This document shows, one piece after another, positions 36,776-45,723 of a DNA stretch of 64,000 nt. The stretch is from contig JBDKLC010000003.1 in NCBI GenBank assembly GCA_039795775.1, forward strand, positions 797-64,796, written 5' to 3'. This stretch comes from Candidatus Parcubacteria bacterium. GTDB taxonomy: Bacteria > Patescibacteriota > Minisyncoccia > Phycocordibacterales > CAIZLB01. Under the pieces are notes generated by a model that was given only the letters and a program-made list of their open reading frames with translations, was not told the DNA's origin and ran no database searches. Made by a program: the position numbers and the translations under genes. Position 1 is the stretch's first letter. Every line of letters starts with the position of its first letter.

Positions 36776-38023
36776 TTATTTGATTCTTGGTTTTTTCTTA
36801 AATAGATTTAATGTGTACTCAATTTTATTTAACAATTCATCAAAAGTAATAATCATTACCTCATTATTTGAAGACCTGAATAGTTCAAAACTATCTTTTT
36901 GTTTCGGGCTTAGATTTTTTAAATCACCAGCAATAACCACACATTGTGAATTTGAAATTTGTAAGCCAGATCCACCAAGTTTGGAATAGAAGTTTTTTAG
37001 CAATTCATGCTTCTGATCCTGAACTTGAATAAGTGAGCCAGACAAGTCCTTGCTTATAGGAAAAATACCTTTTCGATATTCTGTCTTCATTATTATGGGT
37101 GTTTTATGAGTTTTTATTTCTATAAAAGCAACGTTGTTGGTTAGATTGTTTTTATATAGAAAATCAACAATTTTATCACTATTGGTTTCTGTAATATTAT
37201 TGCCCCCGACATTAAATTTGTCTTTTGTAAGTGATACTGGAAAATAGAATACATTGCTAAAAATCCAGTTATTTTCATTGAAAAACTTTTGCCAATCCTC
37301 TTCTTTTGTATTTACTTTTAATAATCTTTTATATCTAGAAAGAATGTCCTCAACATATAAAGTGTCGATCTGCCCCTTTGAGGAAAGTAGTATTTCTTTA
37401 CTTAGAATCTTTTTATCAATAAAACCCTTAATGACAATTGAATCAGCATCAGATAGCTTCATCTGATCTATTTCGTATTTATTGAAGAAATTAGACAAGT
37501 CGTTTTCAGTATATTGAATTTTTTGAGCTACACTAAACTTAGATGGCAAAACTGAGTTAAAGATATTTTGATGCGTCTGTCTCAATTCCTTACTCTGCTT
37601 CTCTTTATTTTTTTGTGTACTATATTCAATTTTCCTGAAATCAGTTAAAAGGATTTGAAGTTTACCATTCTTGATTTCTGTTTTACCTTTTTCTAAAAAG
37701 ACAACTTCTTCAATATTTGGATATTTATCTTGAAAAAAATAAAACAAATCCTGAACTCCTTTAGGTTTTGTGAATCCGAAACCGCTCGAAACATTCACAG
37801 ATATACCTGAAGAAGGTCTTTTGCCTCCTGTGGTTGTAATCTTTTTTATAGAGCTATACTTATGTTTAATGGTCCCAAATGAGTTGTAAAATGGGTATCT
37901 TGTTATATTACCATTCGTAAATCTCTCTAAAGCCAAGAAGCCAGTGTCCTTATCCTTTAAATAAAGATTGAATGATTCTTTTAACTTAGTTTTATTTGCC
38001 GACACAAGAGAAACATCTTTCAT
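36776..38023 (-). CDS. PD-(D/E)xK nuclease-fold protein, Shedu (SduA/DUF4263)-like, embedded between hsdM and hsdS
   Basis: C-terminal block EEDWQKFF..NNWIF...DKIVDFLY-x10-VAFIEIK...QVQDQ...CVVIAGDL...FELFR...MIITFDELL matches my recollection of the DUF4263 profile. D-x15-ExK spacing is as in characterised Shedu. Confidence 0.5.
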   Translation of the reverse strand: MKDVSLVSANKTKLKESFNLYLKDKDTGFLALERFTNGNITRYPFYNSFGTIKHKYSSIKKITTTGGKRPSSGISVNVSSGFGFTKPKGVQDLFYFFQDKYPNIEEVVFLEKGKTEIKNGKLQILLTDFRKIEYSTQKNKEKQSKELRQTHQNIFNSVLPSKFSVAQKIQYTENDLSNFFNKYEIDQMKLSDADSIVIKGFIDKKILSKEILLSSKGQIDTLYVEDILSRYKRLLKVNTKEEDWQKFFNENNWIFSNVFYFPVSLTKDKFNVGGNNITETNSDKIVDFLYKNNLTNNVAFIEIKTHKTPIIMKTEYRKGIFPISKDLSGSLIQVQDQKHELLKNFYSKLGGSGLQISNSQCVVIAGDLKNLSPKQKDSFELFRSSNNEVMIITFDELLNKIEYTLNLFKKKPRIK

Positions 38024-38027
38024 ATAT

Positions 38028-39539
38028 TTATTTGATTCCTAGTTCCTTTAGGTATACGACCATTTGTTTCTCAAGCTTCTCAAGCTGTGGCTCAAGCTCA
38101 GCAAGCTCTTTCAGGTTTGCTTTGATATCTACAGGAGCTTCTTCGGTAAACGTATCCACATAGCGAGTGATATTAAGGTTGAAATCATTCTCCTCAATTT
38201 CTTTAAGACTTACTTTACGAGCAAACTTCGCTACATCTTTGCGAGCCTTGTAGGTAGAGTAAATCTTTTCGATGTTTTCATCGGTGAGAATATTTTGAGC
38301 TTTGTTAGATTTGAATTCCTTTGATGCTTCGATAAAGAACACATCTTTTTTACTTTCATTTTCTCCACCTTTTTCTCGTGAGCGATCGATAACAAGAATT
38401 GCGACAGGGATACCCGTTGTTTGGAATAGTCCTGCAGGAAGTCCGATTACAGCCTCAATGATATTTTCCCTGAGAAGTTGTTCACGAATTTTACCTTCTG
38501 CACCACCTCGAAAGAGAACGCCGTGAGGAACAATAACAGCAATACGTCCTGTCTTTGGCTTTGCTGTCTCAATCATGTGAGTAATAAAGGCAAAGTCACC
38601 CTTGTCCTTTGGTGGAGTGCCACGCCAGAATCGTTTGTATTTGTCGGCATCTGCATGTTCAGCGCCCCATTTCTTGAGAGAGAACGGTGGGTTACTTACG
38701 ATTGTATCGAATTTCATTAAGTGATCATTTTCTACAAGGAGTGGATTATTTAAAGTATCGCCCCATTCAAGTCGCGCTGAATCTTTTCCATGGAGAAACA
38801 TGTTCATTCGAGCGAGTTGATATGTTGAACCTGTTGATTCTTGGCCATAGAGAGCGTAGTTCTTTGAACCTTGTTTTTCTACTTCTTCACCTGCAAGTAA
38901 AAGGAGACCTCCTGATCCAGAACATGGGTCACAAATACGAGCACCTGCTTTTGGTTCTGCAAGTTTTGCTACGAGATGAGCAACATTCCTTACTGTAAAA
39001 AATTCTCCAGCTTTTTTTCCTGCATCTGCTCCAAACTTCTCAATAAGATACATATATGAGTTACCAATGACATCATCATTCACGCCAGTGAGGTCAATTT
39101 TTGCAAAGTCCTGTACAAGATTACGAAGCATCTTGTTTCGCTCTGCAAGTTTTCCAAGATTTGATTCTGAGTTGAAGTCTACAGAAAATACACCATCAAG
39201 TTTTTCCTTGTTGTGATCTTCAATACGATGAAGTGCTTTGTTTATTTCTTCTCCAAGATTATCTTGCTCGATAATTGAATAGATATAGTCAAACGATGAC
39301 TTCGGAGGGAGATAGAAGCGGTCAAGCTTCATTTTCTCTTCAATACGTTTCTCATCACCTGCGAATCTTTTTTTGTATTCGTCATGTGTGTTTTTTGATT
39401 TATCGCTAAGATATTTCAAGAAAAGCATTGGGAGTACATAGTTCATGTAATCCGCCGCATTGAGTTGGCTTCGAGAGGAGTTTGCTGAGTCCCATAGGAT
39501 TTTATTTAGGTCTTCTTGTGTGTATTTTTTGTTGGTCAT
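38028..39539 (-). CDS. hsdM: Type I restriction-modification N6-adenine DNA methyltransferase subunit
   Basis: Motif I CDPCSGSGG and motif IV NPPF. Confidence 0.92.
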   Translation of the reverse strand: MTNKKYTQEDLNKILWDSANSSRSQLNAADYMNYVLPMLFLKYLSDKSKNTHDEYKKRFAGDEKRIEEKMKLDRFYLPPKSSFDYIYSIIEQDNLGEEINKALHRIEDHNKEKLDGVFSVDFNSESNLGKLAERNKMLRNLVQDFAKIDLTGVNDDVIGNSYMYLIEKFGADAGKKAGEFFTVRNVAHLVAKLAEPKAGARICDPCSGSGGLLLLAGEEVEKQGSKNYALYGQESTGSTYQLARMNMFLHGKDSARLEWGDTLNNPLLVENDHLMKFDTIVSNPPFSLKKWGAEHADADKYKRFWRGTPPKDKGDFAFITHMIETAKPKTGRIAVIVPHGVLFRGGAEGKIREQLLRENIIEAVIGLPAGLFQTTGIPVAILVIDRSREKGGENESKKDVFFIEASKEFKSNKAQNILTDENIEKIYSTYKARKDVAKFARKVSLKEIEENDFNLNITRYVDTFTEEAPVDIKANLKELAELEPQLEKLEKQMVVYLKELGIK

Positions 39540-39540
39540 G

Positions 39541-40185
39541 TTAGTTCTTAGTTAAGTTAGTAAAGCTTGCGTTGATAATGGTTTTTTGAATTTCTTGTTT
39601 TCTTTTAAATATCCGTTCTTGTTCAATAATATTTTCGTGGAGCGCGATGATCGACTTCTGCGTATGGATAGGAGGTATTGGTATTGGGAAGTCCGTGAGG
39701 TTTTTCACAAGGATGCTTTGTATATATGAAGCACCTGTGACTATTTGAGCGAGAGCTTTTTGCCCATCCTGTGAATTGAGATATAGGGATACATACTTCG
39801 GGAGAACGGTAACATCTTTGATTCGGATGACATGAACCGATGATGAGGGCATCACGTTTGTGTTGTCTGAAGCAAAAACAGCAGAACGGAATGACCCAGC
39901 ACCTGAGCCTCTGGAAACGAGTAAAATGTCGTTATGTTCAAGAAAGTAAGGGTTTCTAATGGATTTGTCTGAAACGATAACTAGGTCATTAGTATTCAAA
40001 ATATCTTGATTTATAGCTATATTCTTGGCTTGTAGCACAAAAATAGCGCCTTTTGGGTCGTTTTCGATGGATCCACGGAATGTGTACCCAGAGGCCATGT
40101 CTGCTATTTCGCTCAATTTCTTGTGCATGTAAGGACTATACTGCACTTTACAATAAAATGCAAATTTAGGTCTTTTAGTTACCAA
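39541..40185 (-). CDS. hsdS: half-size Type I specificity subunit (single TRD plus conserved helical region), first gene of the R-M operon
   Basis: Single TRD-like region followed by ...IIALHENIIEQERIFKRKQEIQ conserved HsdS helix. 214 aa, about half the size of a normal HsdS. Confidence 0.6.
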   Translation of the reverse strand: MVTKRPKFAFYCKVQYSPYMHKKLSEIADMASGYTFRGSIENDPKGAIFVLQAKNIAINQDILNTNDLVIVSDKSIRNPYFLEHNDILLVSRGSGAGSFRSAVFASDNTNVMPSSSVHVIRIKDVTVLPKYVSLYLNSQDGQKALAQIVTGASYIQSILVKNLTDFPIPIPPIHTQKSIIALHENIIEQERIFKRKQEIQKTIINASFTNLTKN

Positions 40186-40232
40186 CTGGGTCGTCCTAGG
40201 CTCTTAGAGGAGTATGTGTCATTGATTGATGT

Positions 40233-41558
40233 ATGAAGACAATAGATCAAATGCCAGGGGCTATGACTGCCCGAGGAATCATAAGCGAGGTAAAGGTGAA
40301 ATACTGCCTTTATGCGAGAAAATCAACAGAATCAGAGGAACGACAAGTCCTTTCAATAGATAGTCAGATCAAAGAAATGCTCCAGTTAGCAGACCGTGAA
40401 GGGCTTGAGGTGGTCACCATGAAGCGTGAGAGTCATTCAGCAAAGGAAACGGGGCAACGACCAGTCTTCAACGAGATCATCGAGGAACTGCGTGATGGCA
40501 AGTTCAATGGAATTTTGACATGGGCACCTGACCGTATTTCAAGAAACGCAGGAGACCTTGGAAGGATAGTGGATCTAATGGATGCGGGTAAGCTTCAAGA
40601 AATCAGGACTTTCGGGCAGAAGTTCGGGAACAACCCAAACGAGAAATTCTTGCTGATGATTCTCGGATCACAAGCAAAGCTCGAGAATGATAATAGAGGT
40701 ATCAACGTGAAGCGAGGATTGCGAACAAGGGTGGAGATGGGGCTGTGGCCAGGAGTGGCACCTCTTGGGTATCTCAACCAAAGAAATATCGACAAGAAGT
40801 GTCAACTTGTAGTTGATGAGCTACGTGCACCGCTGGTAAAAAAAATATTTGAAAGGGTCGCATATGAGAAATTAAGTGGAAGAAAGATATACAATTGGCT
40901 TCGATTCGAAGCCAATTTCTATACACGAGGAAACAAACCACTTACACTCGGGGGTGTATACAGGATATTGGAAAATCCCTTCTATTATGGAATGTTCGAA
41001 TATCCAAAAGATAGTGGTAATTGGTATCAAGGAAAACATGAATCAATAATCACAAAGGAATTATTCGATGAAGCACAGTCACAGCTGAAGCGAGATAATA
41101 TACAAAGAGAAAATAAAGAATTCGCATTTACCAAACTCTTCACATGTGGATACTGTGCGAGTGGAATTTCCGCAGAAGAAAAATGGAAACAATTAAAAGA
41201 TGGTACGCATGCGAAATACATTTACTACTCATGTGCAAGATCGAGGGATAGGAATTGTAAGAATCAATATATCCGAGAGGAAGATCTGATCGTCGAGATG
41301 CTGAAGATACTCGATAAAGTAAATATTAATGAGCTTGGCATGAGACAGAAATTAGAGGACGAAATCGCTCGATTCAATATCTTCCAAAGATCAGTACTTG
41401 GGAGCACAGACAAGATTGGTAATAGAAAAGATACCGACATACGAAATTATGCAAAGTACATACTAAAAGAGGGTGCGGTGACAGAGAAGCGAGAGTTACT
41501 TGCGAATTTGCGGAGCAAGATTATATATAAGGATAAGGTTCTAACTTTGATAGATTAG
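40233..41558 (+). CDS. large serine recombinase (resolvase/integrase family)
   Basis: N-terminal resolvase catalytic domain (YARKSTE..Q.. with Ser nucleophile), recombinase domain, C-terminal zinc ribbon CGYC...C..C. Confidence 0.8.
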   Translation: MKTIDQMPGAMTARGIISEVKVKYCLYARKSTESEERQVLSIDSQIKEMLQLADREGLEVVTMKRESHSAKETGQRPVFNEIIEELRDGKFNGILTWAPDRISRNAGDLGRIVDLMDAGKLQEIRTFGQKFGNNPNEKFLLMILGSQAKLENDNRGINVKRGLRTRVEMGLWPGVAPLGYLNQRNIDKKCQLVVDELRAPLVKKIFERVAYEKLSGRKIYNWLRFEANFYTRGNKPLTLGGVYRILENPFYYGMFEYPKDSGNWYQGKHESIITKELFDEAQSQLKRDNIQRENKEFAFTKLFTCGYCASGISAEEKWKQLKDGTHAKYIYYSCARSRDRNCKNQYIREEDLIVEMLKILDKVNINELGMRQKLEDEIARFNIFQRSVLGSTDKIGNRKDTDIRNYAKYILKEGAVTEKRELLANLRSKIIYKDKVLTLID

Positions 41559-42793
41559 CGTTTATTTCTATCCTTATATTTTTTCTTTCGTAGGCCTAAG
41601 TGATACTTATGAAATTCATCATCATCTCGTTCCTTTTCAATTTCAATATGTTGCATACAACGACCTCGGCGATATGGACCAAATAATTCTGCAAACTCTC
41701 CTTGAAACCAAGGGAGGGTTTGATGCTCGGTACCTTTATTTGTTTCTGATTCAAAATCTGGATCTCCAGGCAATCTTCCATATTCATCCATTGCTCCAGA
41801 ACCACCTGGGCCACCACCCCACATTATTGTCCCGCCCCAATGAATAGCTCTCGGATCAGGCATCAATAAATAACCATGACCATAGGTGTTCCAATTTGAT
41901 TTTGATACAAATTTCTCTGGATAGAGCCATTCCTTTTTTGCTGCGGCAATATAGCGATTCGCTCTGCTCTTAATAATGAAATTAATTTCGCGTACTTCCT
42001 GTTCACTTAAATATCGACGCACTTGAATATCTGTAAATTTAAATATTGCACCTCGAAAAGGATTCGGGTTGGGTCTTACGTTAGTTGCAGGCTGATATGG
42101 ATTTCTAACCCAAGAAAGATTTGTAAGTATTAAGATCTTATCTAAAGATAGAGGAAAGATTGTGTGAGTTCCTTGTAACCAGATGGCAGGATCATTTGAT
42201 TCTCTACACTGTTGTGATCGAGGACCGCATTCTCGATTGTAAACAGTGACAGGGTGATCTGAAATAATAAATTTAGTATCTGATTTTGATGCATCCGCTA
42301 TTAACCAAACGCATTCAGTCCACAAAGCACAGTGTATTCTTCCTAGTTTAAGCATACTTCGTAAAATATCGTCTTTATTTGTACTTTCTATTTCTTTACT
42401 CAGCCATGTCAAACCTTTTGGTGTTCGAAGTTTTTGAGTACTCATGTAGTTCATGATGTCTTCAAATGAATTACGCCAATCTGTTAGTGGGTAATCAAAT
42501 TTTTCAAAATACTCAACAGCAGGCTTTCCTTTAGTATCAATTTGCCCAAAGAAATGTTTTTCAATATCTTTTGGTTGTATCCCTGTAATCTTCGTTGTAT
42601 ACAAATCTTCTTCAACAAAACACTTTTTACTACCTTGTCTCCATAGGGATTGCTTATCGTGCTTAATACCTCTCGGGTCTATAAAATAACCTGGTTTCAT
42701 GTCTAGGTAGAAAAGTTCCGACTCCTCGGGGAGCATAAACTTTTTTTGGTACCATTGAGGTACATAATGATGGTTTTTATAGTCGTCACTCAT
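41555..42793 (-). CDS. DUF4238-like protein (defense-island associated family of unknown function)
   Basis: N-terminal HHYVPQWYQKKF matches the DUF4238 signature H-Y-[IV]-P-Q-F-Y-L. 412 aa. Confidence 0.5.
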   Translation of the reverse strand: MSDDYKNHHYVPQWYQKKFMLPEESELFYLDMKPGYFIDPRGIKHDKQSLWRQGSKKCFVEEDLYTTKITGIQPKDIEKHFFGQIDTKGKPAVEYFEKFDYPLTDWRNSFEDIMNYMSTQKLRTPKGLTWLSKEIESTNKDDILRSMLKLGRIHCALWTECVWLIADASKSDTKFIISDHPVTVYNRECGPRSQQCRESNDPAIWLQGTHTIFPLSLDKILILTNLSWVRNPYQPATNVRPNPNPFRGAIFKFTDIQVRRYLSEQEVREINFIIKSRANRYIAAAKKEWLYPEKFVSKSNWNTYGHGYLLMPDPRAIHWGGTIMWGGGPGGSGAMDEYGRLPGDPDFESETNKGTEHQTLPWFQGEFAELFGPYRRGRCMQHIEIEKERDDDEFHKYHLGLRKKKYKDRNKR

Positions 42794-42921
42794 GGTTTGA
42801 TTTTAGCAGTTTTACACAAACAAAAACACACGATTTAATTCGTGTGTTTTTGAATCATTCTATGTATGTAGGTCGCATCACTTACTCATGCAAGTGAGTT
42901 GACGCCGATACTAAAATGTCT

Positions 42922-43011
42922 TGGCGGAGGAGGTGAGATTCGAACTCACGGGACCCTTGCGAGCCCTCCTGTTTTCAAGACAGGTGCAATCGACCACTCT
43001 GCCACTCCTCC
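42922..43011 (-). tRNA. tRNA-Ser (anticodon TGA), long variable arm
   Basis: Hand-folded: acceptor GGAGGAG/CTCCTCC + G + CCA, anticodon loop CTTGAAA, long extra arm, T-loop GTTCGAATC. Confidence 0.85.
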
Positions 43012-43143
43012 GTCGGCTATCCTACCAAAAAGCTGGAAGAAAAACAAATATTTGGCCTCTGACATACTTTAGACTTGGACAAGATGCCTCCTGTGTTGCA
43101 TAAATCCCTCTCAGCGGTCCATCATGCTACAATGGTAAGTCAA

Positions 43144-43653
43144 ATGAAATACCTCGGTATTGATTACGGAAAAAAGAAAATTGGCATTGCGTTTTCAGAC
43201 GAAACTGGTAAATATGCCTTTCCGGAGACAGTTCTCTTGAACGAAAAGACAACAGCCGGCACTCCTGCCGACAAAATTATGAAGATTTGTGCAGATAATG
43301 GCATTACGACTGTTATTGTTGGCGAATCAAAGGATTTTAAGGGGAAAGACAACCGTATTATGGGAATGGTTCGTGAGTTTGTAGAACTCCTCCGGGCGAA
43401 GCAATTAGAAGTTATATATGAGCCAGAAGTTATGAGTACTATCCAGGCTGAGCGTATTCAAGGAATCAAAGACGATATTGATGCTTCAGCTGCGGCAGTT
43501 ATCCTCCAAAGCTATCTCGACAGGCAGAAGTTTAAGAATGAAGTGCAAAAGCCGGTAGTAGACAAATACACAATGATTGACGATAGTATAGAGAGTGAAC
43601 GAACTATGGATGATTCAGATATTGATGACCCATTGGATACAAAAGACGAATAG
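43144..43653 (+). CDS. ruvX: Holliday-junction-resolvase-like putative pre-16S rRNA nuclease YqgF/RuvX with acidic C-terminal tail
   Basis: MKYLGIDYGKKKIGIA N-terminus characteristic of YqgF. Confidence 0.75.
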   Translation: MKYLGIDYGKKKIGIAFSDETGKYAFPETVLLNEKTTAGTPADKIMKICADNGITTVIVGESKDFKGKDNRIMGMVREFVELLRAKQLEVIYEPEVMSTIQAERIQGIKDDIDASAAAVILQSYLDRQKFKNEVQKPVVDKYTMIDDSIESERTMDDSDIDDPLDTKDE

Positions 43654-43695
43654 AAGTTTTAATAAAAATTGAGATATATTTAATCACACATACAT

Positions 43696-44022
43696 ATGAT
43701 TACTATTGATGACGTAAAGAAGGTAGAAATAAAAATAGGGAAGATCCTTTCTGCAGAAAAAGTAGAAGGTTCTGATAAGTTACTTAAACTTTCTGTTGAT
43801 TTCGGAGAAGAAACTCCACGACAGGTGCTTTCAGGAATTGGAAAAACATTTACAGAACCGACTGAACTCGTTGGTTCATCATTTCCGTTTGTTACAAACC
43901 TTGAACCACGAGCTATTATGGGTATGGAAAGTCAGGCGATGATCTTCGCAGCTTCACACGAAGGAACACTCGCACTTCTTAGACCAACAACAGAAGTACC
44001 ACCTGGGACAAAACTCTCGTAG
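43696..44022 (+). CDS. tRNA-binding domain protein (CsaA/EMAP-II, MetRS C-terminal-like)
   Basis: IGKILSAEKVEGSDKLLKLSVDFGEE OB-fold tRNA-binding signature. Confidence 0.7.
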   Translation: MITIDDVKKVEIKIGKILSAEKVEGSDKLLKLSVDFGEETPRQVLSGIGKTFTEPTELVGSSFPFVTNLEPRAIMGMESQAMIFAASHEGTLALLRPTTEVPPGTKLS

Positions 44023-44047
44023 ACGACTGCGCAGTGTGATAAGATAA

Positions 44048-45154
44048 TTGTATCTTCACATGAGTTTTCTTGAAAACATTTTTAAGCATTTTCCTACTCC
44101 AGAATTTTTGAGTATGTCTCATGTTGGTGTTGATATTTCACCAACAGCTATTCGATTCATTGGACTCAAGCGAACTACTCACGGACTTGCTCTTGCTGGA
44201 TTTGGTGAACAGCTTCTCCTAACTGTCACAAAAGACTTTGACAACATTCATGCAAATGCCGATGTTGTTGCTGCACTCAAGAAATTACAACGAACACACA
44301 AACTTTCTTTTGTAGAAGTTTCTATTCCTGAAGAAAAAGCATATCTCTTCACTACAGATGTACCAGTGGGGGATGATGCATCAATCCGAAATAACATTGA
44401 GTTTCACCTCGAAGAAAACGTTCCGATCTCACTTTCGGATGCGTTGTTTGAGTATTACATCATCAACAAAAACGAAAAGACAAATATGCTGCATGTTGCG
44501 GTATCGGTACTGCCTGTGGCAGTAGCCGAAGACTATATTGAGCTTTTTACATCATGCGGAATGACTCCTGTATCTTTCCTTATTGAAAACCAAGCATTAT
44601 CAAAAGCTATTATTAAGAAAGGCGATCCAAACTCATACCTCGTCGTGAACCTTGGTTTTGAAAAAACTGTACTTTCTGTTGTGAGTGATGATGCTGTGCA
44701 GTTTACTTCTACTGTACATATTGGAAGTGAAGATTTTACACAAGCCATCATGAAAGAATTCAATGTGTCTGAACAAGAAGCTGAGAAAATTAAATTTGAA
44801 AAAGGATTTTCTCGAAGTAAAGATAACGAGTCGTTGTTCCTTTCACTTATCAATACCGTCTCTGCTCTCAAAGACGAGATCAATCGTATTTACGTATACT
44901 GGCAGGCATATCAAGAAAAAGTAAAAGCTCAACGAACAATTAATTCAATCAACCACGTTATTCTTGCGGGGAAGGACTCAACACTTATTGGCTTCCGCGA
45001 TTACATTGCTATGTCACTCAAGGTCGATGTGGAATTGGCGAATGTGTGGTTGAACGTAATGTCATTTGATAATGAGATTCCACCAATTGAATATCTTGAA
45101 TCTCTCAACTACGGAACTGCTATTGGTCTTGCTCTTCCAAAAAAATTAAAATAA
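44048..45154 (+). CDS. pilM: type IV pilus assembly protein PilM (actin-like ATPase)
   Basis: N-terminal VGVDIS...IRF motif, 368 aa, followed by PilN/PilO-like genes. Confidence 0.6.
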   Translation: MYLHMSFLENIFKHFPTPEFLSMSHVGVDISPTAIRFIGLKRTTHGLALAGFGEQLLLTVTKDFDNIHANADVVAALKKLQRTHKLSFVEVSIPEEKAYLFTTDVPVGDDASIRNNIEFHLEENVPISLSDALFEYYIINKNEKTNMLHVAVSVLPVAVAEDYIELFTSCGMTPVSFLIENQALSKAIIKKGDPNSYLVVNLGFEKTVLSVVSDDAVQFTSTVHIGSEDFTQAIMKEFNVSEQEAEKIKFEKGFSRSKDNESLFLSLINTVSALKDEINRIYVYWQAYQEKVKAQRTINSINHVILAGKDSTLIGFRDYIAMSLKVDVELANVWLNVMSFDNEIPPIEYLESLNYGTAIGLALPKKLK

Positions 45155-45158
45155 TACA

Positions 45159-45722
45159 ATGCTGCACTTACTCCCAGAACAACAAAAGAAAACTGTACTT
45201 TCCGAATATCGAAAGCGTCTTTCTATTGTTACAGCTATTTCTTTGAGCTGTATTGGTGTTGTGGGTATCATGCTTCTCATTCCTTCATATATTTATTCTC
45301 AAGAGCACTTCAATGAAGTAAAAAAAGTAAAAACAGCTTTGGTAGATGCCCTCGAAAAACAAACAGGGGATAAGACAGCAGAAACAGTAAAGAACATCAC
45401 AGAAAATATCGCAGCTCTTCAGCCGCTTGGTTCAACTGAGTTACCAAGTTATGTAATCGACAGAGTAATAAGCCGTGCATCAAGTGGAATCAAGATTATG
45501 CAGTATGCATATAAGCTTGAAGTAAATAATACATTGAGTTTTTTAGTCGTTGGTCGAGCTGACACTCGAAATGATTTAACACAGTTTATTAAAGTCTTGC
45601 AGGGAGATCCGTACTTTGAAGGAGCCAAATTACCACTTTCAAGTTTTACAAGAGAAAGAAATATTGATTTTCAATTTTTAATGAATGTAAAAGGTGTAGC
45701 GTCTAGCTCAACCTCACAATAA
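45159..45722 (+). CDS. pilN: PilN-like pilus assembly protein (N-terminal TM, coiled coil)
   Basis: Topology and operon position. Confidence 0.45.
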   Translation: MLHLLPEQQKKTVLSEYRKRLSIVTAISLSCIGVVGIMLLIPSYIYSQEHFNEVKKVKTALVDALEKQTGDKTAETVKNITENIAALQPLGSTELPSYVIDRVISRASSGIKIMQYAYKLEVNNTLSFLVVGRADTRNDLTQFIKVLQGDPYFEGAKLPLSSFTRERNIDFQFLMNVKGVASSSTSQ

Positions 45723-45723
45723 T

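Noticed and set aside
39541-40185. Possibility that the half-size HsdS is a mis-called N-terminal fragment of HsdM
   Set aside because: It has its own ATG and RBS-like context, a TRD-like fold pattern and the HsdS conserved helical motif. It ends 1 nt before the hsdM start codon region rather than being in-frame with it.
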